Shown: piece after piece, positions 38,694-47,157 of the stretch
Layout of the letters: each line of letters begins with the position of its first letter
Position numbering within the stretch: position 1 is the first letter of the stretch
From: Candidatus Onthoplasma sp.
GTDB taxonomy: Bacteria; Bacillota; Clostridia; Christensenellales; UBA1242
Direction: 5' to 3'
NCBI GenBank assembly: GCA_045633245.1
Contig: JAZQYA010000001.1
Coordinates: 3,017 to 67,016, forward strand
DNA length: 64,000 nt
The notes under the pieces: model-generated
Told to the model about the DNA's origin: nothing
Databases searched by the model: none
Seen by the model: the letters and a program-made list of their open reading frames with translations, nothing else
Position numbers and translations under genes: made by a program

Positions 38694-38848
38694 AAATTAC
38701 ATAAAAAACACAAAAAAATACATTAAAAATTAGAAAAAAATATTAATTTTTATTAAAATAATAAAATTATATGGGTAAAAAATAATTATGAAATTAATTT
38801 TTAGAATAAAAATAAAATTTCGGTTAAAAATACATTAAGGAGGTCGTT

Positions 38849-39292
38849 ATGAGCGTTGGAAACAAAAAAACCATGTCAACCGTTGTTTATTACACATTGG
38901 CTGCAATCACTTTGGCTTTTGCTGGATTTTTTATCTATGCGTTATTAGTTAAAGATGTTGCTATGTGGGCAAGAGTTATTTACTTTATTTGGGTTGGCTT
39001 TGTTGTGGGTGTTGTCATTTTTGATATCATTTGTTCATCAAATGGCGAAGGAAAAACGTTAGCGGGTTTTGTGATTTATGTTTTAAGTTTGCTAGCTTTG
39101 ATTATGGCAATTATTTTATATTTTGCTAACACCGGAACAGCTGGTCTTGCAACAGGTTTCTTCAACTTGTTTATTTCCATTTCTTTAATTTCGCTTTTCA
39201 CTACAGGTTTTATGATTGCCACTTGGGTTGTTGGTGAACATTTGCTTGAGCATTCAACAGAAAATAAAGAATTAGAAAACACAAAAATGTAA
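38849..39292 (+). CDS. Membrane protein, unknown function
   Basis: 147 aa with four hydrophobic segments. AGGAGG RBS upstream. Confidence 0.6.
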   Translation: MSVGNKKTMSTVVYYTLAAITLAFAGFFIYALLVKDVAMWARVIYFIWVGFVVGVVIFDIICSSNGEGKTLAGFVIYVLSLLALIMAIILYFANTGTAGLATGFFNLFISISLISLFTTGFMIATWVVGEHLLEHSTENKELENTKM

Positions 39293-39294
39293 AC

Positions 39295-39327
39295 TAAAAA
39301 AGAGCGAAATTGTTCGCTCTTTTTTTA
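39295..39327. terminator. Bidirectional terminator
   Basis: AGAGCGAA (39301-39308) pairs with TTCGCTCT (39313-39320), flanked by an A-run and a T-run. Confidence 0.75.
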
Positions 39328-39332
39328 TAGTT

Positions 39333-40058
39333 TTATAAAGTCAAACCGCCGTCAATTGTAATTATTTGGCCTGTGACAAAACTTGATTTATCATCACATA
39401 AAAACAATGTTAAATCAGCAACATCTTCTGGTGTTCCAATTCTTTTTAGTGGGGTTTCATTAACAATGGATTTTATTGTTGATTTTGATAAACTATCATT
39501 CATTTTTGTTTTAATCAAGCCTGGACAAATTGCGTTTACATTTATGTTGCTTGGTCCCAATTCTTTTGCGAGTGAAAGAGTTAAGGTGTTAATTGCACCC
39601 TTGCTTGCGGAATATAGACTTTCCATGCTTGCACCAACTTTACCCCACATTGAAGATATGTTAACAATTTTTCCATATTTTTCGCTTATCATGTGTTTGC
39701 TAACGGCTGAAGTTAACATTATGATTGATTTTAGATTTGTATCGAAAATGTTATGATAATCTTCTTCAGTTGTGTCTTGTATTTGTTGAAATTTACTAAT
39801 GCCAGCACAATTAATTAAACAATCAATTTTTCCATAGGTTTCTATGATTTTATCAACCATACTAAAAATCTGATCTGTTTTAGTTAAATCGCATTTAACA
39901 ATTTCAAGATTGCAATTTTCAAAAGATTGTTTCATTTTTTCAATTGAAGTTAAGTTATTGTTATACACTAAAATAATATTGTTGTGACGTTTGGCAAATT
40001 TTTTTGCAATTTCGCTTCCAATGCCGCCACTTGACCCCGTTATTAAAATTGTTCTCAT
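39333..40058 (-). CDS. Short-chain dehydrogenase/reductase (FabG-like 3-oxoacyl-ACP reductase)
   Basis: 241 aa with TGSSGGIGSEIA (TGxxxGxG), NISSMWG and YSASKGA (YxxxK). Confidence 0.8.
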   Translation of the reverse strand: MRTILITGSSGGIGSEIAKKFAKRHNNIILVYNNNLTSIEKMKQSFENCNLEIVKCDLTKTDQIFSMVDKIIETYGKIDCLINCAGISKFQQIQDTTEEDYHNIFDTNLKSIIMLTSAVSKHMISEKYGKIVNISSMWGKVGASMESLYSASKGAINTLTLSLAKELGPSNINVNAICPGLIKTKMNDSLSKSTIKSIVNETPLKRIGTPEDVADLTLFLCDDKSSFVTGQIITIDGGLTL

Positions 40059-40140
40059 GTTTATATTATAATTAATATTTTAAATAAAAACAACAAAATT
40101 AATCGCAATTAAAAAGAATTAATAATTTTTTTATAAAACA

Positions 40141-40169
40141 TTGACTTTGGAGTAGGTTAATATTATAAT
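40141..40169 (+). promoter_or_regulatory. Consensus-like promoter placed for a leaderless transcript
   Basis: TTGACT (40141-40146), a 17-nt spacer, then TATAAT (40164-40169). ATG 40176 begins 7 nt after the -10 box and there is no SD. Confidence 0.6.
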
Positions 40170-40175
40170 TTAGGT

Positions 40176-41036
40176 ATGAAGAAATTCTTAAAGGTATTTA
40201 TTATTGTGCTTTTGGTTCTTGCTGTTATTGGGGGAACTGTTTATTTCTTTTTTAGAAAAATTGAAAAAGAAAACAATAACACTGGTTCTATTATTGAAAT
40301 GTTGGAATCCGAGAGTAAAAATAGATACAATGAAAATTTAGCATTTACATATGAAGTTATAAACCAAAATAAAGATGATGACAGACTTAATCTTATCATC
40401 GAAACAAGCAACAATCTTGATAATATTGTTAGAATTTTAATTTCGTATTACGTTGAAAGTGAAACGGCAATTGACAATGAAATAATTGCAAAACAACTTA
40501 AGAAAGTTCATGATTCTAGAGATTTGCTTGATAGAATGTTGACTGAGTATTTAATAAAAAAAGAATCAGAATTCTTTGATCATCATGAAGGTGCAAATGA
40601 TCTTTATGAACAAAGCTGTCGCTATCTTATTGAATATGCAACTTTTGCAAATTTAATTAATGAAAGCATAACAAATGTTGACAGAACAGCTGATATTAAA
40701 TTTAATATATTTGAAGTTTATTCTAATGTTGTTAAAACAACTTTTGCTTTCACAAAAGAAGAATATGTGGACAATACTGTTAAAGTTGTTCTAGAAAACA
40801 CCGAAACCATAGCGTTGTTAAATGGGTTGCTTAAAATTGAAAATTCTTATGTTGTAACAGTGGTTGATAAATTTTCTATGGAAGTTAGAGATTTCAATGA
40901 ATATTATTTAAAGTGTGATAAGTTTGTTTTTGCAAGCAATTTATTAACAAATATCGAAATAGTTTCAGAGAGTAGAGGAAGTAACGAAAAAATAGCAACC
41001 TATTATTTCAAAGAAGTGTTCGATTTGTGGGATTAA
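40176..41036 (+). CDS. Membrane-anchored protein, unknown function
   Basis: 286 aa with a single N-terminal TM helix. Confidence 0.6.
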   Translation: MKKFLKVFIIVLLVLAVIGGTVYFFFRKIEKENNNTGSIIEMLESESKNRYNENLAFTYEVINQNKDDDRLNLIIETSNNLDNIVRILISYYVESETAIDNEIIAKQLKKVHDSRDLLDRMLTEYLIKKESEFFDHHEGANDLYEQSCRYLIEYATFANLINESITNVDRTADIKFNIFEVYSNVVKTTFAFTKEEYVDNTVKVVLENTETIALLNGLLKIENSYVVTVVDKFSMEVRDFNEYYLKCDKFVFASNLLTNIEIVSESRGSNEKIATYYFKEVFDLWD

Positions 41037-41041
41037 AATAT

Positions 41042-42091
41042 ATGAAGAAAAAAGTTTTAAGTTTAATATTAGTTTTGATGCTTTTGCCAATTGCATCATT
41101 GTTTGTTGCGTGTGGAAAAGATAAAGGATATAATTTAGATGCTTTAAATAATGACTTTAACTTAATTGTTTCAGAAAATAATAATATAGAAAGTGTTGAT
41201 GGCAAGTTTGAGTTTGATTATTCAGCGCATGAAAGTTTGCAATACATCGTTTCATCCACTCAACCTTATAAAGAATTAGAAAAATATAATTTTGTGTTTT
41301 ATAATTTAATGAGTTTCGCTTACGAATATGTGCCTGTTTGTTCAAATAATCAACTCACAAAAGATGTTCAAGTTAAAAATCAAGTTCAAAAAGATTTAAT
41401 AGAACTTAAAAATGCCATTGGAGACACAAATAAATGCGTGAACATGTTTGCTGAAAGTATTGCTGAAGAAGATGAAAAGTGTTTGATGGCATTTAAGAGT
41501 TTAATTTCAAGTTATGAATTAATGTTTAAAAAAGCAGCCAACTTCAACAATTCATTAGCAAATTTATATTTCAATTATGCTTTAAATAATTCAAATCCAA
41601 ATGTCTACTCTGTGGGTGAGGATTCGTTTGATGCCAATATTGTTGTGAACAAACTGAAAAGCAGAATTAAATATCAAGTTAGCTGTTTAAGTCAAAGTTA
41701 TGTTGAAATGTATGTTTGTGAAGACGTGGCAACTAGGATAACAAATGGTGAAATGTTTGATTTGGACGCATTTGAGTATAAAACCAATGTTGAAGCAATA
41801 GTCAATATTGATTTCACAGAGCAAAATGCCGCAATTGTTGTCAATGGGGATCGAAACAAGAAAAAACAATTTTATGCATTGTCAATCCAAGCGCAAAATC
41901 ATCAAGCAACAATTCAAAATGATATAAACAAATTTATTGTTGCTAGTGAAAAAATTAACTTTGCTATGTTTGACGATATTGCTGCAACAGCTTACGAAAA
42001 ATTGTGTTATGATATTGTTGAAAGCAATTATGAGTTGATTAAAAGTTATAATTCAGTTTTAGTACAAATGTTAAATATTATTAAAAATTAA
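41042..42091 (+). CDS. Lipoprotein, unknown function
   Basis: Begins MKKKVLSLILVLMLLPIASLFVACG (lipobox). The ORF track starts 15 nt earlier. Confidence 0.65.
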   Translation: MKKKVLSLILVLMLLPIASLFVACGKDKGYNLDALNNDFNLIVSENNNIESVDGKFEFDYSAHESLQYIVSSTQPYKELEKYNFVFYNLMSFAYEYVPVCSNNQLTKDVQVKNQVQKDLIELKNAIGDTNKCVNMFAESIAEEDEKCLMAFKSLISSYELMFKKAANFNNSLANLYFNYALNNSNPNVYSVGEDSFDANIVVNKLKSRIKYQVSCLSQSYVEMYVCEDVATRITNGEMFDLDAFEYKTNVEAIVNIDFTEQNAAIVVNGDRNKKKQFYALSIQAQNHQATIQNDINKFIVASEKINFAMFDDIAATAYEKLCYDIVESNYELIKSYNSVLVQMLNIIKN

Positions 42092-42107
42092 TATGACGAG
42101 GAAATAT

Positions 42108-43778
42108 ATGACAGAAAAAGAATATTGTGAATTAGCAGAATTGTTGTATCCAAATTGTTTGGATACAGCTTTTTACTTTGATAAATACAAACCAAGAAAG
42201 GTGGCAGGAGAAGTTACGAGAATTGCGCCAAGTCCAACTGGATATTTACATATTGGTCAACTTTACCAAGCGGTTGTTCATAGAATGTTGGCAGATAAGA
42301 CAAACGGCTTATTCTATTGCAGACTTGAAGATACAGATGGCAAACGTGAAGTTCAAAATGCTGGTCAAATCGCTTATGATATGCTTTGTAGATTTGGATT
42401 AAAACCAGACGAAGGTTATCGTGGTGATAATCTTGAAGAAGTTGGGGATTATGGTCCATATGTTCAAAGTAAACGTGTTGAAATTTATCGAGCATTTGCT
42501 CACGAACTCGTGAAGCGAGGAAAAGCATTTCCATGTTTCTGCGAAATGGCAAGCGGAAAAGAAGAAATTTTGAAACGTCGCGAAGAAGAACTTGAACAAA
42601 GTGATGATTTGGAAGTTAAAGATCCGTGTAGAGATTTAACATTAAGAGAAATTAAGGAAAAATTAAATGAAGGCAAAAAATTTGCTTTGCGCTTAAAATC
42701 CTGTGGTGATGCGGAAAAAACATATAAGTTTATTGACGCAATTAAAGGAGAAAAAGAAGTTAGAGAAAACACAAAAGATGATGTGTTAATTAAATCTAAC
42801 GGAATTCCTGTTTATGCTTTTGCTCACGTGGTTGATGATATGTTAATGCACACAACAACTGTTATTCGTGGTCAAGAGTGGTATCAATCATTACCGGTTC
42901 ATATTGAACTTTCACATGCGTTTGGTTATGCTCCTTTCAAATATGCTCACACTCCAAATATCTGCGTTGTTGATGAAACAACAGGAAACAAAAGAAAAAT
43001 CAGCAAGCGTAAAGATGCTTTTGCAGATGTAAGGCACTATTTAAGAGTTGGGTATTCAACCAATGCTGTTGTTGAATATTTGTTAAACTTATTAAATTCA
43101 GACTTTGAAATTTGGAGAAGAAATAATCCGGATTTGCCATATCAAGAATTCCCATTTGCGGTTAAGAAAATTGGTGTTACAAACCCAATGTTTGATTTCT
43201 TAAAACTTAACGATATTTCAAAAACAATCATTTCGAAATATTCAGCTGAAAAAGTATATGATGAACTTCTTGCATGGGCTAAAGAATGGAGTGAAAATAA
43301 TGTTAAAATAATTGAAGAAAACAAAGCTGTTTTAACCCGTGTTTTCTCAATTGATAGGGGAACACCAAGACCACGTAAGGATATCACTTTCATGAGCGAA
43401 GTGCTTGAACTTTATAAGTATGTTTTGCCAAATTTCAAGGCGGAATTCAATTTTGAATTGGGAAGTGTTAATAAGGAAAATTTAATTAAATTTTTAACCA
43501 ATTATGCACAAAATTACGTTGAAAGTGTGGATAACTCTGCTTGGTTTGATGACCTTAAAAATAAGTCACTTGAATTTAATTTTGTTGATAATAAAACATA
43601 TAAACAAAACCCTTCAGAATACGCGGGAAGCATTAGCGACACGTCTAAGTTTGTTCGTATTGCAATCACAGGAAGAGAAAATAGCCCAGAACTTTTTTCA
43701 ATTATGAAAATTTTGGGTGAAAAAGAATGTGTTAAACGAATTAATAATTTAGTTGAATATTTAAAATCTAGCCGTTAA
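42108..43778 (+). CDS. gltX: Glutamate--tRNA ligase (long form)
   Basis: RIAPSPTGYLHIGQ (HIGH), RLEDTDGKRE and KISKRK (KMSKS). GAGG lies 6 nt upstream of ATG 42108; the alternative start is 42093. Confidence 0.88.
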   Translation: MTEKEYCELAELLYPNCLDTAFYFDKYKPRKVAGEVTRIAPSPTGYLHIGQLYQAVVHRMLADKTNGLFYCRLEDTDGKREVQNAGQIAYDMLCRFGLKPDEGYRGDNLEEVGDYGPYVQSKRVEIYRAFAHELVKRGKAFPCFCEMASGKEEILKRREEELEQSDDLEVKDPCRDLTLREIKEKLNEGKKFALRLKSCGDAEKTYKFIDAIKGEKEVRENTKDDVLIKSNGIPVYAFAHVVDDMLMHTTTVIRGQEWYQSLPVHIELSHAFGYAPFKYAHTPNICVVDETTGNKRKISKRKDAFADVRHYLRVGYSTNAVVEYLLNLLNSDFEIWRRNNPDLPYQEFPFAVKKIGVTNPMFDFLKLNDISKTIISKYSAEKVYDELLAWAKEWSENNVKIIEENKAVLTRVFSIDRGTPRPRKDITFMSEVLELYKYVLPNFKAEFNFELGSVNKENLIKFLTNYAQNYVESVDNSAWFDDLKNKSLEFNFVDNKTYKQNPSEYAGSISDTSKFVRIAITGRENSPELFSIMKILGEKECVKRINNLVEYLKSSR

Positions 43779-43790
43779 GCTAGATTTTTT
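43766..43790 (+). terminator. Rho-independent terminator of gltX
   Basis: ATCTAGC (43766-43772) pairs with GCTAGAT (43779-43785), followed by a T-run. The hairpin spans the stop codon. Confidence 0.7.
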
Positions 43791-43874
43791 ATTAAAATGT
43801 TTCATAAATTTATTTTAAATTATTTTGAGATTAAAATAATTTTATGTTACTATGTTATTAAATGAAGGAGGATT

Positions 43875-44393
43875 ATGGCAAAGAAAACGGCAAGCAAAAC
43901 TAGTTCTAAAGTTCAAGCTGAATTCATCTGGGGAATTGGTGAAAAAGTTGAAAGACCAAACAATAATGAGCTTAACAAAAGCATTAAAAAAATGAGATTT
44001 GGCACTTTTTTGTTGGCACTATTTTTTATAGCAATTGGTGTTGGTGGTGGTTTTTTGGGTTTAAAATATTTAACAAAAAATGATTGTTTTGAATTAATTG
44101 GAAAAGATGAAATCACCCTGCAAATCGGAAAAGAAACCTACGCTGATGAAGGCGCCAAAGTTATTGCTTTTGGGAAAAATGATGAGAATAAACTTAAAAT
44201 TGAAACTAACTTAAAGAAAAACGATGACGGAACATATTATGCTGAAGAAGAGGGAACATATTACATCATTTACACTGTTGACAACATTAAGTATGGAACA
44301 CTTTTTAAAGTTCAAAAGATTAGATTGATAACTTTTGTTGAAGCAACCGAGCAAGATGAGATTGATGCAGCAAATCAAGGAGGTAGTGTGTAA
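43875..44393 (+). CDS. Membrane-anchored protein with an Ig-like (DUF5011-like) ectodomain
   Basis: 172 aa with one TM helix. YADEGAKVIAFGKND...GTYYIIYTV resembles bacterial Ig-like domain patterns. AGGAGG RBS. Confidence 0.55.
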   Translation: MAKKTASKTSSKVQAEFIWGIGEKVERPNNNELNKSIKKMRFGTFLLALFFIAIGVGGGFLGLKYLTKNDCFELIGKDEITLQIGKETYADEGAKVIAFGKNDENKLKIETNLKKNDDGTYYAEEEGTYYIIYTVDNIKYGTLFKVQKIRLITFVEATEQDEIDAANQGGSV

Positions 44394-45595
44394 TGAAGAA
44401 GTTTTTAATTATACTACTATCCTTAATTGTTGGATTGGTGGGTGGTGCCGGTTATGTGTGGTATGACACACTGCCAGAAACAGAAAAACTTGTTGCGGGT
44501 GAAGAACAATTCTATTCACATGATAATCATAATCTAAAAAAAGTTGAATTATCAGGCGTTGATGGTGAGTTGTCTGTTCATTTCCTTGAACTTGGCAATA
44601 AATATACAGGCGACTGCACATACATTAAAGTGGGAGATATTGACGTCCTTATCGATTGCGGTTCAAGAACAAGCAGTGTTTCTGCTGTTAGCTCGTATTT
44701 GGATCAATATGTTACAGGTAAACTAGACTATGTGGTTGTAACACATGCGCATCAAGACCATTATGCGGGTTTTGCGACGGGAGCAAAAACAAAAGGGATT
44801 TTTGATCTTTATGAAGTTGGAACAATCATAGACTTTGGTAATGCAACAAGCAATAGTGAATCAGCAATGTTTAATCGTTATGTAACTAAACGTCAAGCTG
44901 AAATCGATGCTGGTGCAAAACATTATTCAGCTTACGATTGTTTTTATGAACAAAATGGTGCGCAAAAAGAATTTGTTTTAGATGAAACTCATGATATTTC
45001 AATTGAAATTTTATATAACTATTATTACCAATATGACTATACTGAACATGATGAAACTGCTCAATATAAAGCACCAAGTGAAAATGACTATTCTGTTTGT
45101 TTGATGGTTAGTCAAGGTGAAAATAAAAATTTCTTATTCACTGGAGACCTTGAAAAAGATGGCGAAGAAAAATTAGTGGATTATTACACTAATGTTGCAC
45201 CTTCACCATTGCCACAAATGTATTTATATAAGGCGGGGCATCATGGAAGTGGAACTTCTTCGAGCGAAGGCCTTCTTGAAATGATTGATCCTGATGTGGT
45301 GTGTGTTTGTTGCTGTGCGGGAAGCACTGAATATACAGACAATATTAACAATCAATTTCCAACTCAAGCATTTATTGATAGAATTGCAGCATATACAGAT
45401 AAAGTGTTTGTAACAACTCTTTGCGTTGATTGGAAAAAAGATGAATACACTTCAATGAATGGAAATATTGTTATTATTGCTCTTCCAAATGAAACAGAAT
45501 TGGGTTTAAACTGCTCAAACAATGATACAATTTTAAAAGAAACCGAATGGTTTAAAACGAATCGAACAATGCCATTAAATTGGCAAACGGAATAA
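44393..45595 (+). CDS. Membrane-anchored MBL-fold metallo-hydrolase (ComEC C-terminal-domain type)
   Basis: N-terminal TM helix, VVVTHAHQDHYAGF (HxHxDH) and YKAGHHGS. Confidence 0.8.
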   Translation: MKKFLIILLSLIVGLVGGAGYVWYDTLPETEKLVAGEEQFYSHDNHNLKKVELSGVDGELSVHFLELGNKYTGDCTYIKVGDIDVLIDCGSRTSSVSAVSSYLDQYVTGKLDYVVVTHAHQDHYAGFATGAKTKGIFDLYEVGTIIDFGNATSNSESAMFNRYVTKRQAEIDAGAKHYSAYDCFYEQNGAQKEFVLDETHDISIEILYNYYYQYDYTEHDETAQYKAPSENDYSVCLMVSQGENKNFLFTGDLEKDGEEKLVDYYTNVAPSPLPQMYLYKAGHHGSGTSSSEGLLEMIDPDVVCVCCCAGSTEYTDNINNQFPTQAFIDRIAAYTDKVFVTTLCVDWKKDEYTSMNGNIVIIALPNETELGLNCSNNDTILKETEWFKTNRTMPLNWQTE

Positions 45596-45605
45596 AAATA
45601 AAAAA

Positions 45606-45628
45606 AGACTGAGAAATCAGTCTTTTTT
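45606..45628 (+). terminator. Rho-independent terminator
   Basis: AGACTGA / TCAGTCT stem with a GAAA loop, followed by a T-run. Confidence 0.75.
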
Positions 45629-45788
45629 AAGATCCTTCAAATTGCTTAAGAAATATATATATCGAATTAATTTAATTAAACCTTTTATCTTTTAAGTGAG
45701 AATTGATTTTCCGAACGACTTGGGATTTTGTGAAAGTTCTTGCAAACACTTTCGCAAAAGTACGTTTAGTGAGTGAAAACAATTCGAA

Positions 45789-46346
45789 TTATCCTTTTCT
45801 TGTGAAGAAGTTTAAAAACCTTGCAAAGGTTAGTGTGATTTTGTTTGCATGCTTAATTGCAATTCGTTTAAATATTGCTTTTCCGCCGATGGTAAGACCT
45901 GCAATTATTGCTGCAATAAGCGATGGAATTAAAATTGCCATAAAATTTCCCCAATTATCTATTGCAATTTTTGCAACAATGCTTGCTCCTGCTGCACCAG
46001 ATAAAATTCCACAAACATCACCAATAACGTCATTTAAAATTGAACTAACTTTATCGGCATTTTTAACAAGTGCGATTGCCTGTTTGCTTCCTTTAACTTT
46101 TCTTGCTGCCATTGCGTTAAAGTCTTCAATGTTTGCACTGGCAACTGCAAGTCCTATCATGTCTGTTATAATGGCAAGAGCAATAAAAACCAAAATAACA
46201 ATAATAGCAACCAAAATGGCAGATCCATCAAGAATTAATTCGCTCAATAAACTAAAAGATAGAGAAAGAAAAACAGCCAATATTAAAACAATAATTGGCC
46301 ATATCCACATTTTTTTATTTTTTGATTTATTTGATTTTTGTTTCAT
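45789..46346 (-). CDS. Small polytopic membrane protein (about 4 TM), possibly an OapA-like / DUF21-like partner of the upstream RNA
   Basis: 185-aa ORF with a Lys-rich N-terminus and then hydrophobic segments. It starts 35 nt downstream of the RNA candidate, with no intervening terminator or obvious SD. The family assignment is speculative. Confidence 0.65.
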   Translation of the reverse strand: MKQKSNKSKNKKMWIWPIIVLILAVFLSLSFSLLSELILDGSAILVAIIVILVFIALAIITDMIGLAVASANIEDFNAMAARKVKGSKQAIALVKNADKVSSILNDVIGDVCGILSGAAGASIVAKIAIDNWGNFMAILIPSLIAAIIAGLTIGGKAIFKRIAIKHANKITLTFARFLNFFTRKG

Positions 46347-46380
46347 ATATGTTAAAGCTTTACGCTGAATAATTTAAATT

Positions 46381-46966
46381 ACGAAGGCAACATCTTGAGT
46401 AAACCTTGCGGCATAAGGTTCGGTTGGATTTCCCAATTTTGCACTTTCCCGTTACCAGCAAAGCGGTTTCCCTTTACGCAAAACTTGCACCGAATCGCCA
46501 CTGAGACCACACTATAATCCCCAAAATGCCTCGGATATCACACGAACAGTCTAGAAGTTTTCCTTAACAACATCGGCTAATCTTATCTTTATTTTGCAAA
46601 CGCAATTTCAAAAGCAACTTAAAATAAAATTTGTACTTCATTCTGTTCTAAGTTCACGCTTTATTCCAAGCAATTCACTCAAAGCAGGCTACACCATACA
46701 TAACTTTCGTCACATACGGGTTCCTCTCCTAAGCGATAAAAAGCGAACATGAAATAACCCATATAGATCCGTTTTTACCCACTTAAGTCTCCGCGATAAT
46801 TGGGCTTGAGCATGTATGCCATTACACACGACCCAAAAATCTTAACTCCCAGCACCAGCCCCGATTTGGGCAATCAAAGCCAGCACCACGAACTTCATAG
46901 TTATGCCAGCAATGCTTGTTTCAGCATCCTCAAATAGCATAGTTGACTAGAATACTGCGCCTTCGT
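46381..46966 (-). ncRNA. Large structured ncRNA candidate of about 586 nt (OLE-like or ROOL-class, or unclassified)
   Basis: About 790 bp has no ORF of 60 aa or more on any frame. GC is locally enriched (26/60 and 30/60 in sampled lines, against 11/60 in the flanking spacer). An 8-bp helix joins the two ends. Several local hairpins are present, and a near-consensus promoter lies just upstream on the minus strand. Confidence 0.6.
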
Positions 46967-46974
46967 GTAATATT

Positions 46975-47003
46975 ATATTAGCACACATTTCAAAAATTGT
47001 CAA
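46975..47003 (-). promoter_or_regulatory. Near-consensus extended -10 promoter driving the RNA candidate
   Basis: Minus strand reads TTGACA (complement of 46998-47003), a 17-nt spacer ending in TGC, then TAATAT (complement of 46975-46980). The predicted TSS falls within a few nt of the closing helix. Confidence 0.65.
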
Positions 47004-47157
47004 ATGTTTGTTGTTTTATTAATTTACGACATTTTTATTTGTTAATAATATGTTAAATTAAGAGCAAAATAATAGCATATTTGACATGTGTTAATATTAT
47101 GATTTTTATTTGATTTTTAAAAGTTTGTTTGTTATAATTTTATAAGAAGGGGTAATT

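Noticed and set aside
38694-38848. Repeated AAAAATACATTAA strings and A/T runs upstream of the 147-aa membrane protein gene
   Set aside because: This is a low-complexity AT-rich spacer. Two short matches in such composition are expected by chance.
39373-39756. 127-aa plus-strand ORF, together with similar antisense ORFs at 5364-5681, 53254-53628, 53656-53946, 42214-42552 and 48603-48911
   Set aside because: All lie entirely inside longer opposite-strand or out-of-frame genes that have strong family motifs. They have no RBS and look like typical shadow ORFs.
45703-46368. 221-aa plus-strand ORF covering the same interval as the 185-aa minus-strand membrane protein
   Set aside because: It is an antisense shadow ORF with low-complexity, Ala/Ile-rich mirror composition. 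It has no RBS and begins inside the terminator-proximal spacer. The minus-strand ORF has the coherent TM pattern.
46695-46735. GAAA-capped hairpin (CCCGUAUGUGAC-GAAA-GUUAUGUAUGG on the minus strand) resembling group II intron domain V
   Set aside because: The stem needs many G-U pairs. It lacks the AGC/CGC catalytic triad and the 2-nt bulge. The RNA does not begin with GUGYG, and no intron-encoded protein is present.
46381-46966. Whether the large RNA candidate is RNase P RNA, tmRNA or SRP RNA
   Set aside because: I could not find the universal GAGGAAAGUCC block of RNase P. There are no tRNA-like ends or tag reading frame as in tmRNA, and no SRP domain IV motif. The length also fits none of these.
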